64,000 nucleotides of DNA, from NCBI GenBank assembly GCA_036172245.1, contig JAYWIR010000019.1, forward strand, positions 2,852,001 through 2,916,000. The letters run 5' to 3'. This document shows positions 1 through 13,400 of this stretch, in pieces (the stretch's first letter is position 1; every line of letters begins with the position of its first letter). Made by a program: the position numbers and the translations under genes. The notes beneath the pieces are model-generated. The model made no database searches. It worked only from the letters and a program-made list of their open reading frames with translations, and had not been told where the DNA came from. The stretch comes from Raillietiella orientalis (lineage: Eukaryota).

Positions 1-119
1 GCCGAACCCGTGTAGGCATGCAGTCAGGAAGTCTGGATTCGCGGCTGGTTTATCATCTCACGAATGAGCAAAAAGCAACCTGCTGCACCCAACCGGCTAT
101 AAACATCGGAGATTTCCAC

Positions 120-220
120 TATTAGAATGGATGGATACACGCGTTGCTATGAGGAAAGATCTATCTGTGGATCATGCCCATATATTTTATACAGTGAACG
201 GGCAGGTTCTGAAGACCTCA
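120..220 (+). mobile_element. Short CR1-like RT relic
   Basis: LLEWMDT...H.IFYTVNGQVLKTS resembles L.EWS..W.M.FN..K..V.H...Y..NGQ.L. Confidence 0.3.
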
Positions 221-911
221 CCAGATCCGTATGCCACTCGTATGAATGAAGAACAGAGTAAAAGTGGAAGGATTGGACACTGGTCGATTAAGCAGCGGGG
301 GGAAAAAAAAAAAAAAGAAAAAGAGAAAAGCACACACGATTTCACGAGGATAACGATGGTTGCATGACAAGCAGTTGAAAAAAAAAAAAAAAAAAGATTC
401 GGAAGGACGGTCAGGTTTGATTGGATTGCAGTAACTTGATGGCCGTTGATACTGAACAGACATGATGATGAGGAGGAGGAAGATCATGAACTACGGTTCT
501 GCGCCAAAGGGGCAAGCGGGAAACTGCAACATGTAGGCAACCTTTCGAGGCTTCTTGTATGTTCCGATTAGCGGGAGATTGGGAAATTGGGCTCTGGTAC
601 TCAACTGCATGAACGAGGACGATCATCTGTCCGCGTCCTTTCCCCGACTGGGGAGTTCTGCCTGTCTGCCTTGGCCGCTTTGATTTGGCAAATCCATTCC
701 GATAAGACAAATTCCCGCCTGCCTGCAATGAAGTGATGACAGGACGTATCTGTGGGCAGTACGGGGCCGTGGATTCCGGCTCACTCTGTCTTAGAATGTC
801 TGTGATGCCCAGGTAGCGTGAGAGATCATTAGAGCCGTCGGTTCTCCTTGGGCAGAGAAGAAGGAGCGCGAGCTGATGGAGGACGCGTACTAAAGAGGGA
901 GGGGGGGGGGG

Positions 912-982
912 GAAGGCTCGAGTGCTCAAGGACATTGAGTTTCCCTTTCGTAGGATTCGGAAGGTTCGAATCCAGGACCGTG
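912..982 (+). other. Degenerate tRNA-like (SINE head-like) sequence
   Basis: Box A-like GGCTCGAGTGCTCAAGG at 915 and box B GGTTCGAATCC at 963-973. No convincing cloverleaf. Confidence 0.3.
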
Positions 983-3900
983 AGGGCAAGGATCTTCCAG
1001 GAGCAGCTCCGAAGGCATGTCGTAATTGCAGTTGGGATGCACGTGGGTATTTTCGCGTGTCCGCCACGCACTTTGTCTGCGGAGCGTCTCCTACATCCTC
1101 CAGAGCCTTTGGTTCCATCCGAAGCGGAATCAGACGTAAAGAACGCGACCGCCCAGTAGCACCTTAGGGTTCCTTTGGTGTTTCAGAACACACTGATCCG
1201 GGTAGGCGCATCTCAGCCTAGCCGAAGTACCGAGGTGCGAGTTTTGCTGCAAGCTCTGCAGCTTCCCTGCAGCGGAGCAACGTCCTCTGTTTCCATCTGT
1301 TGGAATCTCGACTCTATTTCCTGCTTTTCTCCTAATCTGCTGTTCCCCAGGTCACCCAGACATAAGATAATAAATGGGTTGTTCCTCCTTAGGATCCCAA
1401 GGGATAGGATCGTCCTAGGGTTACATCCCCTCTGGTTTCTACAGGTGGCAGAGGATGGTCTGTTTTTCTCTCGACGGAAATGCCGAGTCTTGCGTCACCT
1501 GCTCTGGACCTTTCCCTCGCTCTTTAGTCGGAGTACGTTCATCTCCGCGTCGATCTCTGCCTGCCTAAGATGAACTGAGAAGCAAGGAAAGAACATCGGT
1601 CCATTCTGTTTTGCGCCGTTTTCTCTTGCTTCCTTGTATTTCCCGTTTTTTGCCTCTCCTCCCATCTCTAGAACTTCGGCTGAATTCCAGCCAGGCGATT
1701 TCGAAGCAGTGATGTGGGAGCTTCGGCACGGTTCGTTCCTCATTAGGGTATCGCTGCCCTTTTGCGATCAGGGGGGCACACCCATGGACACCGAGGGACG
1801 CGTCCGTTCGATGCGGCTTGAGTGATCGGAACTTGAGTGGTCAACCGGCGTCCTTTCGGACGCCGGTTGATCCTGCCCGCTCTGAAGGGAGGAGATGCTC
1901 TGCCGACAGGTTTGAGCATCGTGGCCTCATTTTTCCGACTTACCTATTTCCTCTTTCCTTCCTCCTTTTCCTCTTTCCTTCCTTTTCCCCCAAATACGCA
2001 GCAGCCTCGTCCCTTAGTAGATGCTACCTGCACTTCCAGGACGGATCGCAGGACAACACGACGGAGAATCACAGCAGCGTCTTCCTTCCCCAGGAAGAAG
2101 GGGAAGACCACCGCTTCCCGATTTCCTTTCGAGGCTTCCCGGGAGATGAGAAGCCCTACTCTCGCGCAGCTCGCACCTTCCCCACCAAGGGGTGCTTTCT
2201 CGTGGTCTTTCCGGGATCGCAGCGACTGCCTGGTCGCCGGCGTCTCGAACGCTCGTCGGATTCGCAGACTCCCCGGTCGATCGCTGCGGTTCCTCCTTGC
2301 TTCTTATCCTCTCCCGGAAGCCCGAGAGATTCCTCCCCACGAAGCCATTAGCCTTATTGGATCGAATAAATGGGATTCGGGAAGGCGCCTTGAGTGGGAC
2401 GAGCGTCTCCTTCCCTGCCCGCCGCCAGCGATCGCGCATTCTTCCCGTCTCGGTGAACGGTAACTTCTCGGGCCAGGAAGCGGGGCACTGGGGCCGGCTG
2501 GGAGGGCCGTCGACACACCCGTATCTTCCCTCATCGGCCCGCGAAGCCCCAGGGGCACGCGTGTTCGAGAGAGCGGGGTCTACGGAGGGGCTCTCCGTAA
2601 TGGAATGCCAAGTTCCGGCCGCCGGCAGCCGCGAAGCCAATCGGACGCTGGGATGGCGGTTCGCTCCCGAGGAAGCGCCGCTGCAAGAATCTGCGGAGCG
2701 TCTCGTTAATCGAAAGCGCGCGGCGAGCGGGCGCATAACAAGGTGGCCCGTGGCTCACGAGTCACGCGGCCAGATGCGGCTTGCCCAGCCATTAACCGCC
2801 GGTCTGGAATTCGCAATCAGGCGGCGACCATCCCACGGAAGGCGGCAGCGTGCCGTCGCTCCGCGTTTCCACGGAGCCGCGCAAGCTCCCTACCTCCCCG
2901 GAGCCGCCGCCCGGCAGAGGGGCGCGAGCCAGGCGGGTGGGCTGGGGAAGGGTGAGCGACCCTCTCCTCTGCTTTCCCCCTCCTCTTCTTGGCCGCGTTT
3001 TCTCCTCCCCTCCCCTCGCCCCCCTTCCGGGCTGGCTAAGGGCAACCGTTTCCTCCCGCTTCCCTGCAGAGGCGCGCGGTGCTACCTGCACGGTTTCCTA
3101 CGCTCTTTCTCCGCTGCTGCCGCCTCGCGCGCGAGCCCGGCTTCCAGCGCGGGCGTCGCGGCGCGTAGGGACGGATCACGCTCGGCCAGCTCCCCGGACG
3201 AATTCTTGCATTCCCAATTACTAAAATTAGATTCCGAGGAAAAAAAAAAAAACGAGAGGGAGGAAGGAGCATAAGAAGAAATGATATGCCCGAAGATCAT
3301 GATGGGTCCGCTTTGCTCCTCCTGCATCCGCAGGATCGGATTTTCTCCGAGCTGAGGCTGAACGAGCTGCCATAAATCTGGCGAAATGAAGGCGCGCTCG
3401 CGCGCGCGCGCACCAGAAGACGAGGAAGAAGAAAGAAAAAGAAAAAGAGGAAGACAAACAAACGAAAAAGAAGCGGAACAGGATGGGACGACATTTCCTC
3501 CTCGCTGCCCAGTTCATCCCAGACAGGCGGAGCTCGGAGCGGAGACAAAACGGACGCCCACCAAAGAGCGAGGAAATTGCGGTCCAGAGCAGCAGCAGCG
3601 GAAGGAGGGGGGAGAGCAAAGGCACGCGGGGCGTCGTCGTCCGGAGAGGTACTGGGAAAGGGAAGGTGAAAGAAGAGGGGTGGGGAGTGTACCATCCGAG
3701 GAGCGCCTCCGACCACCTGGGCACGCGCGCGCTCACAAGGAAGGAGGGGGGGGGGGAGACGAAGGAAAGGAGAAAGGATTCCTCCTCCTCCCTCCCCTTC
3801 TTGTTTCCCTCCGCGAGCGCACGCAGGCACTCTCAGCCCGCCCGTCCGAAGCGAGAAGGCGCGTGCGTCCAGGAGCGTCGGATGAGGGAGATGAAACGCA

Positions 3901-4159
3901 TCGGCGAAGACGGACGACGCGTCTCCTTGACGGATCGCCTCCTCCCCACGCGCGCTCGGCGCCATTCTAATTCCCTGGACGATTCCATCCACATGTTTCT
4001 GGTCACACCAGCGGACCCCGGCTCCCTTCCCTCGGCTTTTACGGGACTTTTTACCATTTGGCTTGTCGAGATGAGATATTTCCGGCGCAGCATCCTGCTT
4101 CCATTGCCGCCTCTGACATCCTAATTGCCGTAGCGAGAGAGAGGGGACTCTCGCCCGCA

Positions 4160-4496
4160 AAAAAAAGGAAGAAAAAAAAAAAGACGGGAGCGAAGAGGCA
4201 GGGGGCAAGAGGAGAAGAAGGAAGAGGAGAGGGAGAGAGAGGAGAATTTCCTCTTCCTCCACTTTCTGAGAACCAGGAGGCAGCTTCCGCTGCCAATCCC
4301 ACCTCCTTTCTTCCTCGTGTCCCTGGATGCAAAGGAAAAGAAAAAAAAAGGAAGACGGGACCGAAGAGGCATGGGGGAAGAGGAGGAGGAGCAAGAGGAG
4401 GGGGAGAGAGAAGTTCCTCTTCCTCCTCTTCCTGGAAGCCGAGAGGAAGCGCCTGCTGCCTCTCCCACCTTCTCGCTTCCTCGTGTCCCGGACGCG
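4160..4496 (+). repeat. Diverged tandem duplication, period about 170 bp
   Basis: AAGACGGGA.CGAAGAGGCA at 4181 and 4352. Each copy continues with a GA-rich tract, TTCCTCTTCCTCC, GCTGCC..TCCCACCT and CTTCCTCGTGTCCC. Confidence 0.9.
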
Positions 4497-5215
4497 CTCC
4501 CGCAGCAAGCGGGGAGGCGGGTCGGTCCGCGCGTCGGGGGGCGCGCGTCCTGATTGGGGAAGAGGGTGAAAGGTGGGTCCCCGGGAGAAAGAGGGGAGGG
4601 AAGGGAAGGGGGGTGCATGCATTTGTCGCGGGCCTCCGTCCGTCACGCTTCGCTGGCGCGGATCGAGCGCGAGAGAGGATCTTTCCCGCTCCCCGTCCTT
4701 AACGAGGCCTCCTTCCTGCCTACTGGTTTCAGGTAGCAGGGAAGAGCAGCGGGAAGACTCGCCTCGCATGCTAATCGCCGCGAAGAAAGCCGGAATCAGA
4801 CGCGAGATGAATGGGTTCCTCGGGAGAGGGCGAGGCAATCCTTTCGGATGCTCGGAGCAACGGGGGAAGATCGCCCGGAATTCTATGGCGCGTCCGTCAT
4901 CTCATGCAAATGCGCCCAACCTCCCCGGACGACTCGTCAGGGCATCCTCCAGACGCTCCCTTCCTTCCTCCACCATTGGCTGCCTTGCTGGACTTCTTGC
5001 CGCTAATTTCTTTCAATTGGCTCTAAACTTCCAGGACGCGAATCGCGCGGGCTGTGCAGCTCCCGCGGGGACGCTGTGAACGCTCTGCTGCCGGTCGCGA
5101 CGGAGCACACGTGGCGCCGCCGAAGAGAGCGCCTGCCGGGGTTCCCCTGCGACTCGGAGTGGGCGCGCTCCCTCCGCGAAAGGGAAAGTGGTCTCGCGTC
5201 GTCGCAGGCGGCGCC

Positions 5216-5310
5216 ATGATCCAGCCGGACGACGGCCGCCCCCTCTCTTACGAGCACCACGTGTTGCCTGCGATGGACCTGCACCTGTGCCAGGGGCTCA
5301 CCTACTTCAG
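5216..5310 (+). CDS. Short ATG-bearing coding exon, probably the distal alternative first coding exon ('1a') of the same trh-like gene
   Basis: Kozak-like gcgccATGA at 5216, then 31 codons + 2 nt (MIQPDDGRPLSYEHHVLPAMDLHLCQGLTYF-AG) with GC-rich third positions. Near-consensus donor CAG|GTAAGA at 5310/5311, phase 2 like exon 1b. Loosely recalls alternative insect Trh N-termini (MQP...MELH...FYR). The gene assignment is inference. Confidence 0.55.
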
Positions 5311-8300
5311 GTAAGAGGCGTGGGTTCACGGGAGGTTTCCGTGGGGGGAGCTGCCGAACGCGCGTTGGCGGGCCTCGCCAGGTCGACCGATGCGCGACGC
5401 ACCTCCCCTCCCTATAGCTGTCCCTCGGCCATTCGGCAAGGCGCACACATGGGTACACCACCCCCGTTCGCCTCGTCTTTTCTTCCCCCTCCCCCCTTTC
5501 ACATTTCCTTTCACTCCGCTCCGCCTACGCCGCCGCCGCCGCCGCTGCGTGAACGCTCGAGTCCCGATCCGATTCCCCCCAGCCGTCCCTGAATTCCTGA
5601 TCTCGCGCGGACTGCCGCCGGGAAGAGCGAGCGCTTCCCCTCTCGCGCTCGTTCGCATGGGAGGAGTGGTTGCTCGGCAACCGCATCAGCAGCGGCAAAG
5701 ATGGCTGGCAAATCGAAACAGACGACTATTTACCGTGAATGGTGGGGCTGGAGGGCCCATACTACGGCGAGCGGCTTCGCGCCTCCCGTCCAGGCTCCCA
5801 GGAAGCCGTTCGCGCGGCGGGTGGCGCGCGACCTCCTTCCCCCGAGCGAACGGGCGCCTCCAGCTGCGCGGGAACGCCCGGAGGCCGGGTCGCGCCCGCA
5901 GTCCAGGGGGAGCGAGCCTAGCGCTCCCGGTGAGACCAGGAAACTCCCCTTCTCCTTCCACCCACCTCCACCAGCGAGGAGGAGGAACCCAACACTCAGG
6001 TCCCCGGCACAGCCAGCCAGAGCAGAGCGGCGATCTCCCTCAGACGAGGTGACCTCTTCCCGAAGTGCACACCTCGCACCGCCGCCGTCAGCGAGAAGGC
6101 GGCTGCGACCGCGCTCGCGCGCGCCTCGCCTCCTTCCCAGAAGGCACGCGAACCTCCTCCCGTCCGGAAGCCTCGCCCACGGTAGCGACGCCTTGCCCTC
6201 TTCCCCCTTCCTCTGCGCGTCCCGCGCCGTGGCGGGATGAAGCGACCCTCCTTTCCCGCACCGGGAACGGTTTCGCCTCGCATTGGGTCCTCCCGTCCGG
6301 ACTGGGTGGCGGCGTGAATCCTCCCCAGGAAGCCAGGAATGCGTTTCTCCTCCGGACTGGGCTGGGTGGGAAGAACGGTACTCTCGGGCAGCGGGCGCCG
6401 CCCCTTCCTTCGCCCTGCCTTTCCCTCGCCGGCGTGCTTCGTGACGAACAGGACGCCGGAGCGCGGCGGCGGCCCAAAACGGGAGCGAAGCGCAGCTCCC
6501 CGTTTCCTCGAGTGCGAAATCCCCCCCGAAGACGAAATCTAAGAATCCTTTGTTTCCTGCAAGCGGAACATTCGGGAAGGCGGATCGATCCCTAATTGGA
6601 ACGCAGCGCTTCCTTCATCTTTCCCGCAGCGGGGATGGGAAAATGCTGGAAAGGAAAGAGATGCTCTTCTTCGGCGAGACAGCTCGGTCGTCCTGACGAC
6701 GACGCCTCCCGCTCCCTCTCTGAGGAACGTTCCACTCGTCTCGGGTTCTCGTTTCACCGAGATCTCTCGTGTTCCCGTGGCTGGTGCGACTCGACATCGC
6801 TCGCTTTGAGCCGGGATTCTCGGGAGTAGGGCAGGGTCCACTGGCAAAGGAAGAGGGATGCGGCAGTGATGGAAGATGGCTGATTCTTCCTTTCTTCATA
6901 TTCTTCTTCTTCCACTCCTCAGAGTGTTCCAGCCCTCGTGGCAGTGAGGATCCACGCACACGGGGCTTCCGCATTGCCATGCTGTGTGTCCTACGAGGGC
7001 GGAGCACCCAGACATCTTCCTTACGGGAGTGACTCTCCAGACCTTCCCTGCCTCTCTGACCCATTCCGCTCGTCCTCAGCGCCAGCTCGGCGCTGGGACC
7101 CGAGCGGGCGCGCCGAACCTCTCGCGAGTGGGCCGCCCTGGACGTCGGCGGGGAGAGGAACTTCGGCAAGGATGCGCCGACCAAAGTTGCACGGCTCAGC
7201 GGCACGCGAAGGGTCGAGGGTCACGGTGCCAGCTGCGGAGAGTCGAGGGACTGGGAGCGTGCGAGGACGGGGCATTGCGACTTCCCGCAGATTCCACCCC
7301 CCCTCGACCTGCTCGGCTCCGTCGTTCCGGTCACTCCGGGACGAAAAGCAAAGGGTGATTGGTAAAGGAAAGGGGGATCCTCTACCACACCCTGGGATCG
7401 GAGGCCGCCCGGACCGGAGGAGCCCCGAAAAACCGTTCACAGTCTAAAGTCGGCGGGCCGGATGAGTCCAAGCCGGATTCCGGGGCCAAGCGCATCCCTT
7501 AGCGCCGGTCTCTTCCTTGCCTATCCGACGCAGGCCCTTAGGAATCGCATGGGATACCTCGGGACCGGCTATACCATTCTCTATTTGCATATTTGTTTGC
7601 ATGTATTATCCCTCTCTGTTCCCGAGTTCTATTCCCAGTGAGGGCGGTTCCCTTCGGGTGAGGACGGGCACACGTCGGTCTCCAGATGTACCTGCTTCCG
7701 TTTACTTTGCATAAATGGCCTGGCTATCCAGGATGAGAAGGTCACGCTGGGAGTTTGTTCAAAGTAAACAAAGCATCCATTCGTGTGGCCTGCGGGCACG
7801 ACTTGGGGAGAGCGCCGGCACGGAGGTCGGGTGGCTAAGAGGAAAACGCGCTCGGTACTGAGGGGCCAACGGCGCGATGGAGGATCAAAATAAATAAATA
7901 AACGTGGTGCCGGGAAACGCCGGGGGCATGCGTTTGCGGTCTCCGGGACAAGGGAAAAAGGGGAAGAGAAAATCACCGGGTTTTTGCCCCACGTCTTCCT
8001 TGCAGCCTCCGCTCAATCCTTGCTCCTTGATTTCGGGACGGGGGCGAGGCCATGTGGCCACCCTCCGCGTGTGGATGAGATGGAGAGATCTGCCCTTCCT
8101 CCGGCTCCGCCGCAGATCGACCACACAGAGGTTCGCGACTGCCTCTCAGATGATGACGGCACAGTGTCACGGCGTCCCGTGGGTCGAGAGACCCTTGCGG
8201 CTTCGAAGCTGCCGAGGGCTCCGTAGCCACTTCGGCAACGGCTCCTTCTCGAGACGCCAGTTCGCCTCTTCGGTTCGAGCCCTCGACCCTCCTCTCCACA

Positions 8301-8429
8301 CCTGGAGTCTTCTTTCATTGGACCGAACCTGCTTGCTTGATTTTTCGGCGTCGCACCGGTCCAGAGGTTGATTCCTTTCGTCTTCTCCTGGAGGCACCAC
8401 CATGCGAGTCTGCCCCCCGGCCGTTTAGA

Positions 8430-8900
8430 GGGCATCCTGGTTCCAGTGTGGCGTCCTGCCTATGTCGGGTGTCGGATGGCGCTTGCCGAGATGGTGTCCG
8501 AACAGTCTGGAAGTTTCCAGCTTCTGGAGGGCATCATCGCTCGAGTTCGCAATTACAGCAACCTCACAACGGTGCCGCCAGCTGACACTCGTGACCCCAA
8601 GAGCGAGAGGTCGGTCGCGTGCGTCCAATGTCTTCGTTCGCGCGCGCGCTCCTGAACGCCACTGTTGCGCTTGCTATTGGGAAGCACGCGTTCTTATCTG
8701 ATGTGGCGAGTAGCCGCTGGGCATTTATGCTTGCATTTGCGAATGATTCGTGCCAAGGGGTACAACCAGTGACCCGAGGATTTCCCACCAGCTTCGCGCT
8801 GCCTGGCTGTCCTCTCCATTTCAACCTTTGCTGGAGGTTGTGACCTCATGCGGTTTTCTTCATCTCAGTCAGGTTCCTTACTTAAGCCCTGGTCCGGAAG
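8430..8900 (+). mobile_element. Decayed LINE RT relic
   Basis: GILVPVWRP, LLEGIIARVRNY, KSERSVAC and ALAIGKHAFLSDV..AF occur in expected order. Confidence 0.35.
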
Positions 8901-9299
8901 ACCTCGGAGTAGCATTTGTTGTAGCGCACCATTTTATTCCTGATCTGCTTCAGCAAGCTCCCCCGTGAGAGCATCAGTTCTCTCAGCGCTTCGTTCTTTG
9001 CGGGATCCCGTGATCCCGGGGGCCCTACGACAATCTCTCTAAAGGAACACTGGCTCTCCCCCGTCGGAACAGTGGAGGGCCTACCCTCTCTCTCGACTCC
9101 CTTTCCTCCGTCGTTCTTGGAAAAAAATTCGTAACGGCAGACACTTTCCCGCTGTTGTTGCTTGTCCACTACTGCTGCTTTTCTGTAGCTCCAGAGCATC
9201 AGAGTCGGTCCTCTTCTTGGAATTCTGAAGGTCATTCCTGAAGGCTGCAAGTTTTCTATCGGAGAAAACTGGTTACCCCGAATGTCATTCGCAAATGCA

Positions 9300-9402
9300 A
9301 AACATGCAAGACTACGTTTAGAACAGCATTTGGAACAGCATGCAAGATCACGTGCAGAAGATTTAGGACAACATTTGAGACAACATGCAGGATCGTTTGC
9401 CA
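9300..9402 (+). repeat. Degenerate 45-bp tandem duplication with internal 12-bp substructure
   Basis: TTTAGAACAGCATTTGGAACAGCATGCAAGATC at 9317 versus TTTAGGACAACATTTGAGACAACATGCAGGATC at 9362. Confidence 0.8.
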
Positions 9403-9439
9403 AACAGCACGAGGGGCGACATGCAGGACACTCGCAAAT

Positions 9440-10000
9440 CTAAAACGTTGCGTCCATCATCATCAGACCGGAAGCCAACGAGCCATTTCGAAGAGTTTTT
9501 TCGTGAACTTCTCGAAATTCGAAGAAGGCGAGATAAACGTGGCTCCCCGTTCGAGACAGTGGAGAAAGGAGCTGTGAGTGGTCAGAGCAGGACTGCTTCC
9601 TTAACTTCGGTCCATTCTCCTCATAATCCCCCATAATCTTTGTCCAGCTGGGCGGTCGTGGAGATCTTCCTATGCATTACATAGGGTTGGGTAAACACGA
9701 GCAGATGCTTTGCCAGCAATCCGCTTTTCAACAGAGATCAAGAAGTGCACGGCAGCGCCTCTCATCCTCAGCTCGAGCTGTGGACGAAGTCGATGCGTTT
9801 TGGATGTGCGAAAAAGAAAAAAGGGAGGGAGACTGTTTAGCCGCATCTCTCCAGGATTCTCAGCCCGGTCGAAAATGTTTCCATAGGAAGCGTTCCCGGG
9901 GCATTTCTGTCCTTCCGAAAACCACAAGCAGCAGTTCGTCCCATCGTCAGGGCTATCCGAACGAATATCACGGATCCGTGGCAGATGTGGTGAACAGTGA
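9440..10000 (+). mobile_element. Decayed LINE RT relic
   Basis: EKGAVSGQSRTASLTSV, GKHEQMLCQQSAFQQRSRS and RAVDEVDAFWM resemble KKG..NYRPVSLTSV, L...QHGFR.GRS and ALDEG..VDAI. Confidence 0.45.
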
Positions 10001-12639
10001 CCAAGACAAAGGCAGCTGTTGACCACCTTTATCCTGGTCAATGTGGGCATATCCGCTTCCTGGTTTGGCTGCTGTTTCTTTCCGAATCTACACTGCTCTT
10101 CGTATCCTTCGTGACGTTTTCTCTTTACCCTGACCGGCTCTGCCTTTGTAAGAACTCTTCAGCTCTTCGCCGGCCGCTGCTCCTTTCGTGGTTCTTCTCA
10201 GGAAGCTGCTGGTAGATACTTCCGTACGTTTTGTTCGCTCCTAGCCATGTCCTGCCGATTTCCCCATCCGAACGCTTCGTCCTTAAACAGCGTAAGCCCT
10301 CGCAGCCAATTCCAAGTTTCGAAACTCAACTTCCGTTGTGCAAGTACCAGAACACTTTTCTCCCGAAGTGCACACATTCGCACGCTGCACGTTTCCACGT
10401 GTCAGAAGTTCCTTGGTTTCGCTTCCTCTTCTTGCAGACGAAAACACACGATGTCTCTTTTTTGCTTGGGCTTTTCGGTCTCCAGTTTGATGATTCGCAC
10501 TAATAGGATCGCAGTCTACAGTTACATAAGATGCACTTTATGAGCGGCAAGACGTGTTTTATTTATTATTGCCCTGAGGGTGTGAACCAATCGCAAATAA
10601 TAATCCATCATACGAGGCAAATAAAAGCATGATTCATATTCTTCGTCTCAAGGCACTCACTGTTTCCGAAACCCTAGTGGAGAATGGCTGGAAGATTGAG
10701 AACAAGTTCTGGGATTCTGATTATTAGATACTTCCAAAAATTCCCATTGCTCAATTGCAACCATCCATTTAAAGTGTGTGAAGGTTATGTCTTGCGAAGT
10801 GGAGGCTGTAAAACAGCAAATTTCACTTCACCTTTATCGAATACGGTGGAGCGTGGAAGGCTGGGTCCCAGTCCCAGGAGTCCAATGCCTTTGTTTTGTT
10901 AGGGCTTAATTAAATGTATGCTTGTGTGGTTCACTTCTTAAGCACAATCTGAATGGCGTTCCCACGAAATAGTTCGTTCTCAGTAAAGAGATGGCGTTCT
11001 TTTTCAAAAGACCCTGGCAAATAGCCTTGCTTCTTTGTTTCTTCGTCAAAAGAGCTGCTTTCTTCGTTCTCGCTTCTTTGTCAAGTTCTTCCCCTGGTTC
11101 TTAGCTAGCGGCGCGACCGCATCGAATTCTCAGTCTGGTCTTCGATCATGCAACAACAACAACAACAAACAACAACAGAAAAAAAAACAAGAAGTTTCGA
11201 GACCTGCAAGCTTCAGGAAAAAACCTTCGAAGAGATCTATCCACATGAATGCGAGGGCCACTAGCGAATCAACTGACCAAAAGCACGCAGCATCCTTAGA
11301 ACCGGGAGAACGTTTTCTTGGAAATTGAACGCACCCGGGGGTAAACTTGAAGGAAACGCTGTGTTCTTGTGATCCCGCAATTTTTGCATTCGTGCAGCTG
11401 TAACCAGTGAGAGAGAGATGATTACTTGTGCTATTTTTCACAGTGTCACACTTTAAGAATTTCCCCAGCCTTTTGAGAACTGGCGTCTGTGAGCTTAATG
11501 GAGGTTTTATAGTAGCCATTCACATGAGGGCGTCCTTCCATTCGACAGAGTGCTCTTAAACTAAACACACACACGCACACTTTTGCACGAACATGCAACT
11601 CTTTTCCTTGCGCACACGTGTTTACCCACTTCCTCGCAGCTCCTCTGAGCTTCCGACGACGACGTTATGTGCACCCAAACCATAGCGTTCTTTACATGAA
11701 GATTCCTCAGCAGAATCTGAGAAAGAGTGACTGCTGTCATACCTTCAAAGGAGGGGGTTCACCGCATTTTCGGATCTTGTGTTCTTCGTTGCACCCTGAG
11801 GTTCTCACACGCCCTCGAGCGCTCAACAGTCCAGTGTCGAACTCTTCTCCGCTCAGCGGCGCAGAGGTTGCGAACGGGCGTCGAAACTCTCACGAATAGC
11901 TCCGGACACTGGAGGAAGGAGAGATTTTGCGCCAAAGGACACGCTGACCAACTTTTGCCAGAAACACGCGGCACACGACGAGGTCAAGGGTCAAGATGCC
12001 AGCCGCAGAAAGCCGAAGGAACAGAAGCGTTGCCAAGTTCGGGGTTGCTCGATCATCTGGAAAAATTCCCTTTCCCACCTCCGTAAAGCTTTTCATCCTT
12101 GCAAGCTGCCGGTTGTCATTCCCCGAGCTCTTGGGGAATCTCGACGGAAGCCTTCCTGCCAGCTGCCGTCTTTGGCCCCAGGAAGGAATCCAACAGTCGC
12201 ATCAAAAAAGGAAATGAAAGAAACAGCCACATCAGGCTATTATCCGTTCCTCCCTCTTATTAATTTCAATGTTATAATCACCATCGCCATTACACTTCTT
12301 CAACCTCTTGCCATCAACCCCATTACCCTAACGAGTGCTCAGCCAATACCGTTCTTACAACCGCCGTATGCTTTTCTATGACAGATGATGAAAAACCTCT
12401 CGATTTCCTCTGCAGCAGCTCCACCTCTTACCATTGCTACAGAAATTCAAAATTATTAATGGAAGGTATGATGCCCACCACTTCGTGTCAACCCTCCCTT
12501 AACCAACCAACAGACGAGAGGGAATGAGTTCAGTCCCCGCAGCCTCGAAACGTTACGCGACTGTGGATTTGAACGCGGACAGGAATCCGCCCTGTGTGCC
12601 GAGGTCGTTCGGTCCCCCTATCCGAAGAATAGATAGATG

Positions 12640-13400
12640 AGCGAAAAATTTTCGAAATCCTCCAGACCGGATGACGTCCGCAAGGCCAGAACCGAATTGA
12701 CCCGATCCTTTTCGCCTGTCCTTACTCCATCCCTATTTGTGGGACGCTTGCTTTCCAAGTACCTCGCCGACAACACGCGTGCGCTCGCACCAATTCCAAG
12801 AAAGACATCAGCTGTGCCGCAATCTCTCGAAATACCGCGTCTTCATTATCTTCCTCGCGGATGAAGGATCGCGAAAGCGAAAAAACGGGAAAAGGGAACA
12901 GCTCCCGAATAAGTGTTCCGCGATCCCTTTGCGAAGGGGGATACTTTATCGATGCCATGGCAACCTGAACTTGGAGAAACGGTCCAACTCTGCAAAGTGG
13001 GATTGTTTCCGGTGCCTTCTGGAGGGAGCTTCGATTTATTCCAGCCGGAGATTCCGGGAACGGCGGGAATCGGTGTGGCAAGCTGAGTTCTGACGACACG
13101 CCCTACGAACTCTCTGCAGTCATCACGGGCGGCAGGATCCGTGGCTTCGGCGATTTCACTCCCGTTCACGTGAGGGCGTGCTGGTTCGCGCATGCTGCGC
13201 TCTCTCTCGGCGTTCCCTAGGAAACGTCTGTTTCTTCCTCCCAAACAGGTTCTCTCTGAACGTCGCTTTAGAGTGAAAGATCAATGTAGAACTTCAGAAA
13301 GGAAGGGTGACCGTGAACAAGGTCAGGGCAATGTTTTTTGTTTGTTTCCGCATTCATAAACCAGGCAGTCCTTACTTGTATCAACACTTCTTGTTCGCAG
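12640..13400 (+). mobile_element. Decayed LINE RT relic
   Basis: KIFEILQTG*RP, SFSPVLTPSLFVGRLLSKYLADN, HQFQERHQLCRNL..LADEGS, and later VTVNKVRAMFF. Confidence 0.4.

Noticed and set aside
912..982. Functional tRNA gene
   Set aside because: Only box A/B-like motifs are present. Acceptor and anticodon stems do not form, so it is kept only as a possible SINE head.
3297..4838. 513-aa minus-strand ORF and other long ORFs (2192-3274, 37468-38583, 39046-40200, 48307-49326, 49585-50775, 55892-57013)
   Set aside because: Low-complexity R/P/S/G/L/F-rich translations, open in several overlapping frames and crossing homopolymer runs, with no recognisable domain. Expected in GC-rich DNA.
8882..9403. 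Cys-rich ORF start (ACCLKCC...ACCSKCC) suggesting a metallothionein or toxin
   Set aside because: It is the antisense reading of the 45-bp tandem duplication, and the remainder is unrelated.
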